From Octopus vulgaris (lineage: Eukaryota): a DNA stretch of 64,000 bases. Positions 1 to 12,586 of the stretch are shown piece by piece. The DNA is taken from assembly GCA_951406725.2 (NCBI GenBank), contig OX597828.1, positions 75,640,001 through 75,704,000 of the forward strand, read 5' to 3'. Every line of letters begins with the position of its first letter. Position 1 is the first letter of the stretch. The notes below the pieces were generated by a model. The model was not told where the DNA came from, did not search any database, and worked only from the letters and a program-made list of their open reading frames with translations. A program made the translations under genes and the position numbers.

Positions 1-216
1 TTCGCTTAGTATTTGGGTTTGTTTATTGATTTGGTTGAATTTTGGTTGATTTTTTTTTTTTTGTTGATCAGTTATTATTAGCGTTTTGACAGAAAAAATT
101 CATTCTGAAATTGTTTTTTAACGTACACGTGCCCAAACAAGTCGAATGGTTATACAGAGCAGGTTTTACAGCCGCATCATCCAAACCAACCGGGTCAAAA
201 CGGGCTTAGCTGCTAG
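1..216 (+). mobile_element. 3' end of a non-autonomous Helitron
   Basis: Subterminal GC-rich imperfect hairpin (ccgggtcaaaacggg) followed by gcttagctgCTAG|t at 213-217, the same layout as the Helitron end at 50342-50369; 5' end not located. Confidence 0.5.
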
Positions 217-545
217 TATATCTACATATATATACATATGTAAATTTATACAAGAAGATGGATTAAACAGGCCTTAAATACAAGCTTTAAATAGGGTGGC
301 AACAGTTGCGAGTTGCTAAGTTTTCGGTCTCATACCGTTACATAAATTATTTTCTAAATATTTACGTAAATGAATATGATCCAGTAGCAGCCGTTTGCCG
401 GTACTTCATCAGGTAGGCTGCTTTCAAGACTCGGCTTTAAAAGCAACAAACCTAAGAACTCCAGATGGTAACAGATAACAGTATCGAAGCTTTTAAATGC
501 ATGTTATGAAGTTTGTTACTCAGATAACCGGATAATATTGAACAT

Positions 546-878
546 ATGTGTGATAAGAAGCTTATTTCCTAATCGCATGGTCCCGGGTCCAATCCCACTG
601 CAAGTCAACTTGGGAAAGTGTCTTCTACTATAGCCTCTGGCCGAGTAGATTTGGTACGCGTGGAAAATGAAAGAAGCGTGTAGCATATACATATATATAT
701 GTGTGTGTGTGTGTGTGTGCCTTTATGTCCTTACTTGCCCCCCCACTACCGCTTGTCAATTGGTGTGTTAACGTTCCTGTAATTTAGCGGTTCGGCAAAA
801 TAAATCGATTTGTTTGACTAAATTCTCATCAAGGCGGTGCTCCAGCATAGCCCTGGTATAATGACTGAAGCAAGCAAA
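546..878 (+). mobile_element. tRNA-derived SINE, family A (degenerate)
   Basis: Head ...gggtccaatcccactg...aagtgtcttctactatagcc, internal (TA)/(TG) repeat, tail ggcggtgctccagcat...gactgaagc; matches other copies in the window. Confidence 0.8.
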
Positions 879-888
879 ATATTGTGTG

Positions 889-975
<87 letters not shown>

Positions 976-995
976 ACACACACACACACACAAAC

Positions 996-1185
996 AATTT
1001 CAGCGGGACAAAATTCAGTGAACAGGTCGAGGTCTCAAAGCGACGAAAATATTTTGGCAAATTAAATTTAAATGTTGAAGTGAATCTAACGGTTTTTGTG
1101 TGTTTTTAAATAGCTTATAAACACCTTCCACACTTTGTTTCAGCACACGATCTCAGATTAGGTCACTTGCTATGCAAGTACATCT
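996..1185. mobile_element. Interspersed repeat fragment, possibly a Penelope-like terminal repeat
   Basis: About 1067-1185 is similar to 37026-37155; follows a (CA)n run; family assignment is inference. Confidence 0.5.
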
Positions 1186-1389
1186 TTTTTTAAAATTTTG
1201 TTTGTTGACTGTTTTTTCATTTATAGTTATGGAGGTATATTTTGTTGTTGCTGCCATGCTGTTTACAAATCTCCGATGCGAAACAGAGAATGTCAAAAAA
1301 AAAATGACCCGACTTTCTCTTATTTACTGGTGATTATCTTCAGAACACAGCAAAAGAAAAATAATGGTAATTGTTTAAAATTTTTGACA

Positions 1390-1580
1390 CAAGGCAAACA
1401 ATTTCAAAGCAAGGGTCGTCGCTTACATCGACCCAAGTAATGGACTGGCATTTCTATTGACCTCCAGAGAGATGAAGCAGAAATGTTGACCACAACGAGA
1501 TTTGAACTCAGAACGCAAAATGCCGGAACAGGTGCCGCAGGGAATGTTTTTCGACACGCTAACGATTTTTCTTCAATATC
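1390..1580 (-). mobile_element. SINE family B (degenerate)
   Basis: catcgacccaagta...gactgg...atttgaactcagaacg motifs shared with better copies. Confidence 0.6.
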
Positions 1581-2064
1581 GTCTGAGTTATAAAAAAACA
1601 ATAAAAGACAAAAAAAATACGTAGCAATATGTGTTTGTGTGTGTGTGCGTGCGTACTTATGCACGTTTATATGTATGTAGACATATGTGTATATATGTTT
1701 GATTTATGTCTCCCTCACGTACATATCTATGTGTGTGTATACACACACACACACAAACAGAACCTAACTAAACCATATAGATATTTAAAACTCTTCAAGT
1801 AGAACAGTTTATGTCTTGTTACTATTGTTAGAAATTGGACGTTGTGTTGGTTGATCGCTAAAATGTTGCCTTCTGGGAAATCTTCAAAGAATACAAACGT
1901 TATGCAAACTTTACTGTTTGAACATTTATTAACACCGCATCAAAAGGACCCTGATTAAAAGCCGCGCCAGGTTCTTAATGCCGCTTGAGCACAAACATGA
2001 TGTTATGCTAGTAGTTTGCATAGATGTGTAGACGTACACATACAGCTATAAACACAGACATACA

Positions 2065-2104
<40 letters not shown>

Positions 2105-2195
2105 TCTGCACACATATACATATATGTGTGCGTGCATAAATATACATATATATGTTCATATATACACATACACATATAGATGCACACATTCACAC

Positions 2196-2251
<56 letters not shown>

Positions 2252-2449
2252 ATGTATGTACATATGTGTGTGAGTGTTTGTGCGCATACATTAAACATGT
2301 GTATACACACACATACAATCATGTGTCGTGAATTACGAACACACAGTTTAATCCGACATAAAAGCACTCTCTTGTGTACTTTTCTCTACATATTTAGACA
2401 TACATAGTTTACACACACACACACACACACAATATATACATTATATATG

Positions 2450-2499
<50 letters not shown>

Positions 2500-2504
<5 letters not shown>

Positions 2505-2724
2505 ACTTGCGGTGTACTAGACACACCAAACTAAGAGAGAAGGAGAGAACCTAATACGCAGCGTTTATGGTGTAAACTATTTTAATGTGTCTATTGGGAA
2601 GCGTCGTGGCTGACTGTCATTGCTAGTTTTCTCACCGGGCAGGGATCCTAGGAAGCGTAGACACGTAGCCGTACATACATACTTCTGTACTCAAAAGAAC
2701 TACACCCGCAAATAGCATCACCAC
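2500..2724. mobile_element. Possible solo LTR
   Basis: TG...CA ends with an imperfect inverted repeat (ttgcggtgtact / actacacccgcaaa); about 225 bp between microsatellites; no TSD seen. Confidence 0.3.
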
Positions 2725-2943
2725 ACACACAGATTCTAATAATGGCTACATATACACAGACGTACACCAATAAATAAATATTTCCTTTGCTACAATAAAT
2801 TCAATGAGAAAAGCAGTGTGAAGCAAATGCAAATTTACTGCTTCAGCGAACTACTAACCTGTTGATGGATATGTCTTCATTGTGTTGCACAACACAGTAT
2901 AGATATGAGCTACAGAAGATGGCTAAATATTTCATCTCGATAA

Positions 2944-2992
<49 letters not shown>

Positions 2993-3419
2993 GGGTTTAT
3001 TGTGAAGTGAAGAGCTATGAAGTGTATAAAAATACGTTACTTTATATCAGACATTATTTACTGCAGAACTCAATGCCTTGAATTGAGTGGACAGACATGT
3101 ATAATATGTAATAAACATTAAATAATCATACTTCTCTATTCCAGCCATGTTGTTGATTTCTATTTAAGGGGCCGAGGTGACCACGTACAAGAGAAAAATT
3201 GATACGCAAACGCTATTGTTGCCTAAAAAGGACTTAGACCTACTCACAACGATCTACGTGCAGTAGATTGGATGTGTTTAACGAAATATTGATGTCCTGA
3301 ATATGCAGACAAACGCTATATAAAGCGTATATACAAATGTAGAAACGCAGTTATTTGGGTTTGGGTTAATGTTTATATATATATATAAATATAATTTGAT
3401 TCTTTCATTTAAGTTCGCT

Positions 3420-3450
<31 letters not shown>

Positions 3451-3518
3451 AGGCATACATACAGAATATCAAAGATTCCACCCTTACAATCAAAATACTG
3501 AATAGATACTCCAACGAC

Positions 3519-3790
3519 TTGGGATTCAAGGGGTCACAATATCCTTCCAAAAGACCCGAGAGGCCCACATGGAGTAAATGCAGATGTCTTGAAAACAAAA
3601 CTGGATCCTTACTACTACTATTTGTCCCGGATGAATCACCTTTGCCACAAAAAACTCAAATGAGGGCGGCAACATCAGACTCTCTCAATCACCAGATATT
3701 GACTATAAAAAGTGGCTAAATAAAATTGTAGCAAAACCAATGGCGGTGCCTTAGCATGGTCTAGAACTAAAACGGTTAAAAGATAAAATA
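3519..3790 (+). mobile_element. CR1-like LINE 3' end (old copy)
   Basis: LGFKG...VPDESP...QMRAATSDSLNHQI matches the C-terminus of the 55801-56513 ORF2; tail ggcggtgccttagcatgg. Confidence 0.8.
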
Positions 3791-3934
3791 TCGCATCTAC
3801 TATAATGCTTACTTACATCAGATTTTCAATAAATGTAGTCACATCAAAAAATTGCAGTATCATTAAAAGAACAAAAATCAAATGACTACCATGTTACCTA
3901 GACTTGCTACGCGTGGATGAAGACACACATCCTT

Positions 3935-4100
3935 TCGTCTGCCGTTACGTTCCGAGTTCAAATTCCGCCTCGGTCGATTTTGCCTTTCATCCTTTCGGGG
4001 TCGATAAATTAAGTACCAGTTGCGTACTGGGGTTGATCTAATCGACAAGTCCCCTCCCCCAAAATTTCGTGCCTTGTGCCTAGAGTGGAAAAGATTATTA
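3935..4100 (+). mobile_element. SINE family B (5' truncated)
   Basis: gagttcaaattcc (B-box-like), gcctttcatcctttcggggtcgataaattaagtaccag core, ends in (att). Confidence 0.85.
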
Positions 4101-4178
4101 AGCTAAAAAAAATGAAGAATTTTCAAAAATTGACATATTTAGAAAATCTAATGCAATTAATCGGTTAATCGGCTTAAC

Positions 4179-4232
<54 letters not shown>

Positions 4233-4238
<6 letters not shown>

Positions 4239-5130
4239 TTGGCTTAGATTTTCCTTTGGGGCTGGCCAGATCGGAGCAATCTCAAGATTAATCAGCCGAA
4301 ATTGCGAAGATGATCCGGTTCTTGACTGAAGATTGAAGGCTTCGAATGTTCCGTCCGTGTTTTTTGTATCGTCTTCTAAATGTTTTGCGTTCTTGTCCCA
4401 TTTTGTATTTTTTTACATTTACATATATATAGAAGCGAAGACGTACCCTTTTTGATCCTATACGTAAGTATATATTCTTTAACACATGGTACGACTCTAC
4501 AACACTATCTCTCTCCCCGCTCTCCTACATTTCTCTGCCTTTCACACTTTGCACTCCACTTGATCTGTCTCTTTCTCTCTCTCTCTTTTCTCCTCCTCCT
4601 TTGTTCCTTGTTCCCCTTCTTTCTCTCTTCATCTGTCCCTCTTTTCCTCTCTCTTTCCCTCACGTGACTAGCCACCGATTGCTGGCCTCTTCGTGGCCAG
4701 CAGCCTTTGCGGCAAGATACACTTTTTTGTCTCTTTGTAGCCCTAAGGCTTTTTTCTAACGCCAGCTCAAAAATTTACTCGTCCTGTCGAAAAGACGCTT
4801 GTCTGAGACGTCCTGTTTTTGTTGTTATTATTATTATCATTATTGTTTTTACGTATTTTTGTATTCTTATTCGTGTAACATCGTCCGTTTTTCCGTCCTT
4901 GTTTTGTATACATTCGAGGCTTTCTTCCAAGGAATCTAATGCGCTTGGCTTAGATTTTCCTTTGGGGCTGGCCAGATTGGAGCAATCTCAATATTAATCA
5001 GCCGAAATTGCGAAGATGATCCGGTTCTTGACTGAAGATTGAAGGCTTCGAATGTCCCGTCCGTGTTTTTTGCATCGTCCTCTAAATGTTTCACGTTCTT
5101 GTCCCAGTTTGTATTTTTTTACATTTACAT
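4233..5130. mobile_element. Non-autonomous element with ~190-bp direct terminal repeats inserted in (TA)n
   Basis: 4233-4424 and 4939-5130 are near-identical direct repeats (period 706 bp); (TA)n flanks both sides. Confidence 0.7.
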
Positions 5131-5187
5131 ATATATATATATATATATATATCTGTGTGTGTGTGTGTGTGTGTATGTGTGTGTGTA

Positions 5188-5224
<37 letters not shown>

Positions 5225-5402
5225 AAGAGGGAGAACTGAAGTGACATTTGTAAAACATATTAGGACCCGGTACAGCCTTCTAATGTCTTTTCCCATGGAC
5301 CTTACACTTCAAATCCTGGAACCCTGCAGTAATAATATATATAGAAATAGAAATATGGAGTAAAACCTAATCATCTTCATTAGACTGTGAGATGTGATAT
5401 TT

Positions 5403-5547
5403 TTTCTCCTCTAGGCACAAGGCCCGAAATTTGGGGGGAAAGGCCAGTCGATCAGATCGACCCCAGTACGCAACTGGTACTTAATTTATCGACCCCCGAA
5501 AGGATGAAAGGCAAAGTCAGCAGAATTTGAACTCAGAACGTAAAGAC
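5403..5547 (-). mobile_element. SINE family B
   Basis: Reverse complement of the 3935-4100 core (ctggtacttaatttatcgacccc...aaggatgaaaggc). Confidence 0.85.
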
Positions 5548-5949
5548 TCCACACACAAAATGTTTAACGTGAATATCTACAATGAGAGCAAAGTTGAAAT
5601 GTAGACACATTGACACAGTAAGTCAACTCAACTGAGCCAGGCAGTTTTTGTGAACGTCGTGACGTCCGTTAACTCTTAACTTTATAGCAAGCTTAATACA
5701 GTGGAACAAATATAGGCGCAACATTATTTTAACAACATTGGAAAGAAATGTAATTAAAAACTGATTCAGTCCAATATTGTACAATATTATATAATTTCTA
5801 AAAGACTTTTACTTCCATCGTTAGATTTCAAAAAAACACTACAGCAGCCGATTGACTATTTCGATGAGCAGTAGAAACGCTTAAATGAATTTGAAACGTC
5901 AGATACAGGTTGTTTGAATATAAGACACACACAAAAATATATAATAATA

Positions 5950-6900
5950 TGTATAATCTAAACCTATACAGATACAAAGGACTGACCATACCTTGCTCAT
6001 AATATAAATAGAAACGGCAGAGACAGTTTCAGAAACCGCATTAAGGTTTTCAACGTAGATTTCACAGTAATCTCAAACGCAAAGTAGTAAATTTTTACAT
6101 TATGACATTGCTCAGTCCAGGCAGATATACTGAAAATCAAACGAGCAAATAATATACTTCAGTTAGGGCTGAAATCCTATGCTAACAATTATAAAACTTA
6201 TCATGAAGTATACTGGTTAATATTATGTACATAATGAAATTCGGAAATACATAAAACTGCCTCTGCCTCGACAACAGTGTTTCCAATAACAAAGTGAAAT
6301 ACAACCCATATTAAATAAAACAAACAGGAAATTATTACAATGCAATATATCCATATGATGTATTTAGTTGTTGAAACATAGTTACTTCGTGACTCTGAAA
6401 TGTAAACAGTTCTCTTAACAGAAAACAACAAAATATTTAATATTAAGTCAATAAAATTCAGCTAGCGTTGTTTGCATCATATCGGCTCTCCAAATCTTAC
6501 CGACTTCCTAAATTCCTCAAGCATTACAAACCTGATGCGGCTATAGATATACAATGAAATACTTTCTTAAGAGAAATAACTGTTGAACTACGACTATGAC
6601 GCTATAGAGAAGCGATAATTTCGGAACGATCACACACACACACACATTCTGTATATAAGACCATCAGAACCTGATATATTCAGCATATCCACTTATTGAA
6701 TTACTGTAGCGGAAATAATACAGCGAAAGCAGACGAAATAAACAGCCCCAAATACACACAAAGTGAAACATCGCCGAGAAATGAATAAGTATTACAGATT
6801 TTGTAGCCAGCGCAATTTATGCATAGCTCAAAATTCAAAAGACAAACGATATCCGCTATCATCCTGCATTGGAGAAAAACAGCATTTTCTGCTTATTACA
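5950..6900 (+). pseudogene. Highly degenerate Penelope-like retroelement (RT/GIY-YIG relic)
   Basis: Near 6497 reads YRLPKFLKHYKP, then after a frameshift MRL, resembling the PLE RT motif YGLPKIHK..PLRPI; near 6718 YSESRR...KHRR resembles GIY-YIG YIGET.R...EH; many stops; boundaries approximate. Confidence 0.4.
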
Positions 6901-7377
6901 TAGGAAAAAAATGCAAACTAGAAATACAGCTATATTAGTTACATTTGAATTAGAGAGAGAATAAAACTGAAAATAAAATAGAATTTAATATTTCTTAAAA
7001 AGTAAAAAAAAAAATGTCAGTAAAAGGTGATTATTTCAGCTTTAAGGTCAAAGAAAATGTCTATAAGTGATTTCGACTGATAAATAACAATACAATGTAC
7101 GCGCTATGAATTATCTCCCGCAACATGAAGTTCTCCCATAAAATTTTTGGAAAGGAATCAAGTGACCTGGGATAACCAATGAATGCGAAAATTGTGGCGC
7201 CGTCTTCGATAATTTTAGATTTTCCAAAATAGAATATTCTTCGTTGGCAGTCGAAACATGAATAAACTGAAAGCACAAGTGACGACGGAGATGTCACCAG
7301 ACGAGTACATGAAATAACTGTACTCCACAACGTGTAACGAGTACTTTGTCATTCACGAAGCGAAAGAACGTGCGTGC

Positions 7378-7381
<4 letters not shown>

Positions 7382-7453
<72 letters not shown>

Positions 7454-7484
7454 GTGTATATATATATATGTATATATATATATG

Positions 7485-7534
<50 letters not shown>

Positions 7535-7624
7535 CATATATATATGTATATATATATATGTATATACATATATATATGTATGTATGTATGTATATATATA
7601 TATATATGTGTGTATATATATATA
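7382..7624. repeat. (TA)n/(TATG) compound microsatellite
   Basis: Direct inspection. Confidence 0.95.
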
Positions 7625-7980
7625 AGAGGTCAAGGAAATGAAAATTGATATCATCAATTGAGGAGAGGAAATATGAAATGGTAATATAAAATAGTTACAG
7701 AATTCCTGCACTGATATCATGTCCTGGCATTGCTTTTATAGATTTGTCTCTCTTTCATTCTCTCTCTTTCCCTCTCTTTCTCTCTCTCTCTCTCTCTTTA
7801 TTTGGCATATTAAAAAGATTAAAATTTAGTCATCTGCATTTGCATTTACTTAAGCAAAATGTCAAAAGAGCAACAATCGGTCGATATGTCTGGAGCCTTT
7901 CACTGCAGAGAAATCATTAAAATTTATAACATGTTATAATAACTTGTAGCCTTCCAGCTTTCCACAAACCCAACACACGT

Positions 7981-8012
<32 letters not shown>

Positions 8013-8182
8013 TCTCTCACACACACACACACTCTCTCTCTCTCTCTTTCTGCTTCAATGTGTTTCTCTCCGTTTCTCAGCTTGATCTCCCTCCCTCAGT
8101 GTCTGTCTTTCTTTCTTTTTCCTGTCTGATATTCTCTTACACTTTTTAGATTTCACGCTGTATATTTCTCAAATCCACCCAT

Positions 8183-8251
<69 letters not shown>

Positions 8252-8461
8252 CGCACACATACATAAATACATCGACACAACATACTCACACGTACATGAA
8301 TGCACACATATTTATATATAGAAAATTGTATTTACAAACATTACAAATATATGTATATATACATACATGCACATATACAAGTATAAGCATTCATAAATAC
8401 ACACAAAAATCTCATATACATACAAATAGCTATTTATAATGCACACACACACACACATATG

Positions 8462-8509
<48 letters not shown>

Positions 8510-8859
8510 CACATTCTTATAAAGGAATGTACCGACTAACAAGCATACACAACATATCCATGCATAGACAAATACGTTTATATCGATACACAGACAAACT
8601 TAATATGCAGATATGTATGGCAAGATTTCTAAAGAATTGTCGTCCTGCCGTTGGTGTAGCGAGGGGAATGTGAGTGAGAGAGGTTGTAGAGGTGGGGGCT
8701 TGTTCTTTATTTTGGTCGGTTTCCGTTATCTTATTTCTGCTGGTTTCTTCTTGTGAAACTGATGGCAATTTAACAACACACTCCTTGTACATTGATGAAC
8801 ATTCATTCAACACTTAGCACCGTACCCTCTCTGTCTTCACTCTGATTCCTTCTATTTCC

Positions 8860-9233
<374 letters not shown>

Positions 9234-9638
9234 AATCTACAAAAACATTCACCAACAATATATATGTATCAATCTATAAACATATGTTAACAAACTTTGT
9301 ATATATGTACACACTGTCATATGCATATACAATACTTGTGTGTATGTGTACGTACATCTATGAGTATATCTTGCAGTTAGTCAATGATTTACATGTGTTT
9401 TTTTTATCTCTTGGTGAATGATCAGTTTATACACATGATGTGTAATTATGTGTGTGTGTGTGCATATTTCGTCTTTACATGTGTTAGTCGTATGTTTATA
9501 GGATATGCTTTACAATGGAGCTCTAACAACAACAACGACGTCAGCAAACAACCTTTCTTGTGATATTCCTAAAATTACTTCAATCTCCGATTGATGCTCC
9601 ATATAACTGAAACAGCCACACGTACATGCACGTATTTA

Positions 9639-9719
<81 letters not shown>

Positions 9720-9966
9720 TTACATCCACAGAGTCATAAATCTATTTGGGGATATATATACGTCTTTGCAGTGTGTATGCCCCGTGAAGTACGAACGCAC
9801 AACACGTTTACACACACTAAGACATGTATACACATATGCATCATGAACAATTATTTATATACACGAAGATGTATGTGTACACACATACATACAACTCCCA
9901 GAATATGTACATATATACATACATATATATACATATATACATACATATATATACTATATACTTACA

Positions 9967-10002
<36 letters not shown>

Positions 10003-10655
10003 AATACATGGATGTACACACCTACGTACACACAGATATATATATATTCCTCTATATATATGTGCACTATTTCACCAGAAAAACATACATAGTACACAGG
10101 TTCAGAAAATGGGTGTTTAATAATATAGCATATTCACCAGTTGATATAAAAAAATATAGATACATATATATATATATACACACATATAAAAAAAAACTAT
10201 CCTTCATTGAATACTTTCAGTCGGTATTCTGTTAAAAAATATAATTCTAGCAAAATATATCAGATTTTTTTTTGAAAGAGGAAACCATATCACAAAATGA
10301 ACACTGAATATAGATACTTTTTTGTGCGAGTGTGTGTGTGTGTGTGTGTATGTGTGTGTGAGAGTGTGTGTGTGTATAAATATGTATCATTTTGTTCTCG
10401 TTTATTTTTTTATTACCGAGATAAAAAGGATTATGTATAGTTTGGGGTGACAATAAAGGAAGATACAGAAAAAATACATTAAATTGAATACTTTTGATTT
10501 TATGTAATTTTTTTTTGACTGTCGGGTGGTGGTGGCGGCGGGAGCGATGGGTATGGATTTCACTAAGACTCCTATGAAGTTTTATATTGCTATTCATGTC
10601 TATTTCTGTATTGTGCCATGTCTCTGTCTGTCTAGCTTTGTTGTGTATGTGTTTC

Positions 10656-10657
<2 letters not shown>

Positions 10658-10695
<38 letters not shown>

Positions 10696-10782
10696 TATAT
10701 ATATATACATATATCTATATATATATATACATATATCTATCTATATATATACATATATCTATATATATATATACATATATCT

Positions 10783-10814
<32 letters not shown>

Positions 10815-10987
10815 CTATATATATATATACATATATCTATATATATATATACATATATCTATATATATACATATATCTATATATATATACATATATCTAT
10901 ACATATATCTATATATATATGTATGTATGTATATAAATATATATGTGTGTGTATGAGAAAGAGACAGAGAGAGAACATGTATCACTA

Positions 10988-11037
<50 letters not shown>
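10658..11037. repeat. Compound (TA)n microsatellite with recurring acatatatct unit
   Basis: Direct inspection. Confidence 0.9.
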
Positions 11038-11040
<3 letters not shown>

Positions 11041-11215
11041 CCAGCTTAGTTACCCATATAACTGTCTTTAACAATATCGGAATCTGAGAATTTATTCTAC
11101 CCACCGCCTCCCCCCCCATCTGTGGAACCATTTAACATTCCTTATATTTACCTATTAATGTGTTACTTTATTTATCAATATATCTAAACAGCCATTTATC
11201 CCCATCATTTCGTCA

Positions 11216-11276
<61 letters not shown>

Positions 11277-11649
11277 TGGAACTGAAATCACATCACATTC
11301 AGACTGTAGCTGTGTGACAAATTCAGTTGATTATAAGCAAAGTCGACTCCTGTTCCTAAGATAAGAAGAGATACAGCATGTAACTCTCTCTACCCCCTTT
11401 TACAGTTTGTTATTAAACAAAGATTGTTTTATTTATCAAATTCAAATGGAAGTCATTTTCAGTGTCTAATGTTTTCGGAAACATCTATTCGAATTAACCC
11501 ACTGATAACTTCATATTTGTTATTTGTAGTCTGCAAACACACAATATTCTTTCTACAAATGGCAGCAGCATATAACCAGCGAGCCTCTCTCGATAGACCC
11601 TCTAAAAGTGACCCACAGTATTAGAGAATGGCGTCTTCGTATATCAGGT

Positions 11650-11840
11650 CATTCCATGTAGCACCAGGAAAAAGCAGCCTCAAAATCTGTTCTCTGTGGC
11701 ACGTTGAATTATACCGGCAACGTGGGAGATATCGTCTAAGATTTATTGACAACCTGAGAGGGGACATAGGATTGGATTCCATTCACTAACCGAAGATGAT
11801 AAATGGTGATGCACAGCGAAATGGTTTTGGTTTCGATGAC
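11650..11840 (+). mobile_element. Degenerate RTE-like LINE C-terminal fragment
   Basis: LWHVELYRQRGRYRLRFIDNLRGDIGL resembles the RTE C-terminal LW.P..G.R.RGRP...IDNL..DTGL. Confidence 0.35.
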
Positions 11841-12024
11841 GAGATGGGAACCTGCCAAACTTTTCTTCTACGTGCAGTATGAATAGTGACTTCAGAATGA
11901 AATGCCTCTTCTTGAATTCCAAGTAAAATGATTCGAAACTGTTTTCGTATCATGCTTAATTTAGGCTTATAAGATATGTGTTTCTTCAGCATTCGTTAGT
12001 AAATCCATTTGATACGCATTTAAT

Positions 12025-12209
12025 CCCTTTGTAACCATATTCCTGTCATTACTTCAATTAATTTTGATATTAATGACGAATTTAGTAAAATAATGTTGTC
12101 ATTATCAAGCTGGGGTTTGGAACATACCATGACATTTTGATGGATCATTTTATAGAGAGTTTGTATCGTAGAACAGAGGGCATTTTCCAGGGTAGTGGTA
12201 TCAAAAGGG
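12025..12209. mobile_element. piggyBac-like MITE (degenerate)
   Basis: ccctttgtaacca ... tggtatcaaaaggg imperfect TIRs, flanked by ttaa(t) and ataa (decayed TTAA). Confidence 0.45.
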
Positions 12210-12540
12210 ATAAGGAGCTGTGAGGTAGAATGAAAAATATTGCAAACCTAAGTCAGTGGAATTTCTTTTTCAACTCTCTTATTAATTTATTTATGACATT
12301 TCTTTATGACAACCAAAACTACCGTATCTGCTCTTCTTCATCAAAACAAATATGATTGGCTGTTTCAAAACACACCCTGCTGTCTTAAAACAAAAATTAC
12401 ACAGAAAGATACAAAAAGTGGGATTTTCATGGCTGGAATAGCTTTGTTTTCGATATCTTGGCTTGAGGGAAAACAGTATATCATTGTTTTATATAAGTGC
12501 CATCCACGTAGATATAGTGAAATGATCGCAAACAGTATTT

Positions 12541-12586
<46 letters not shown>

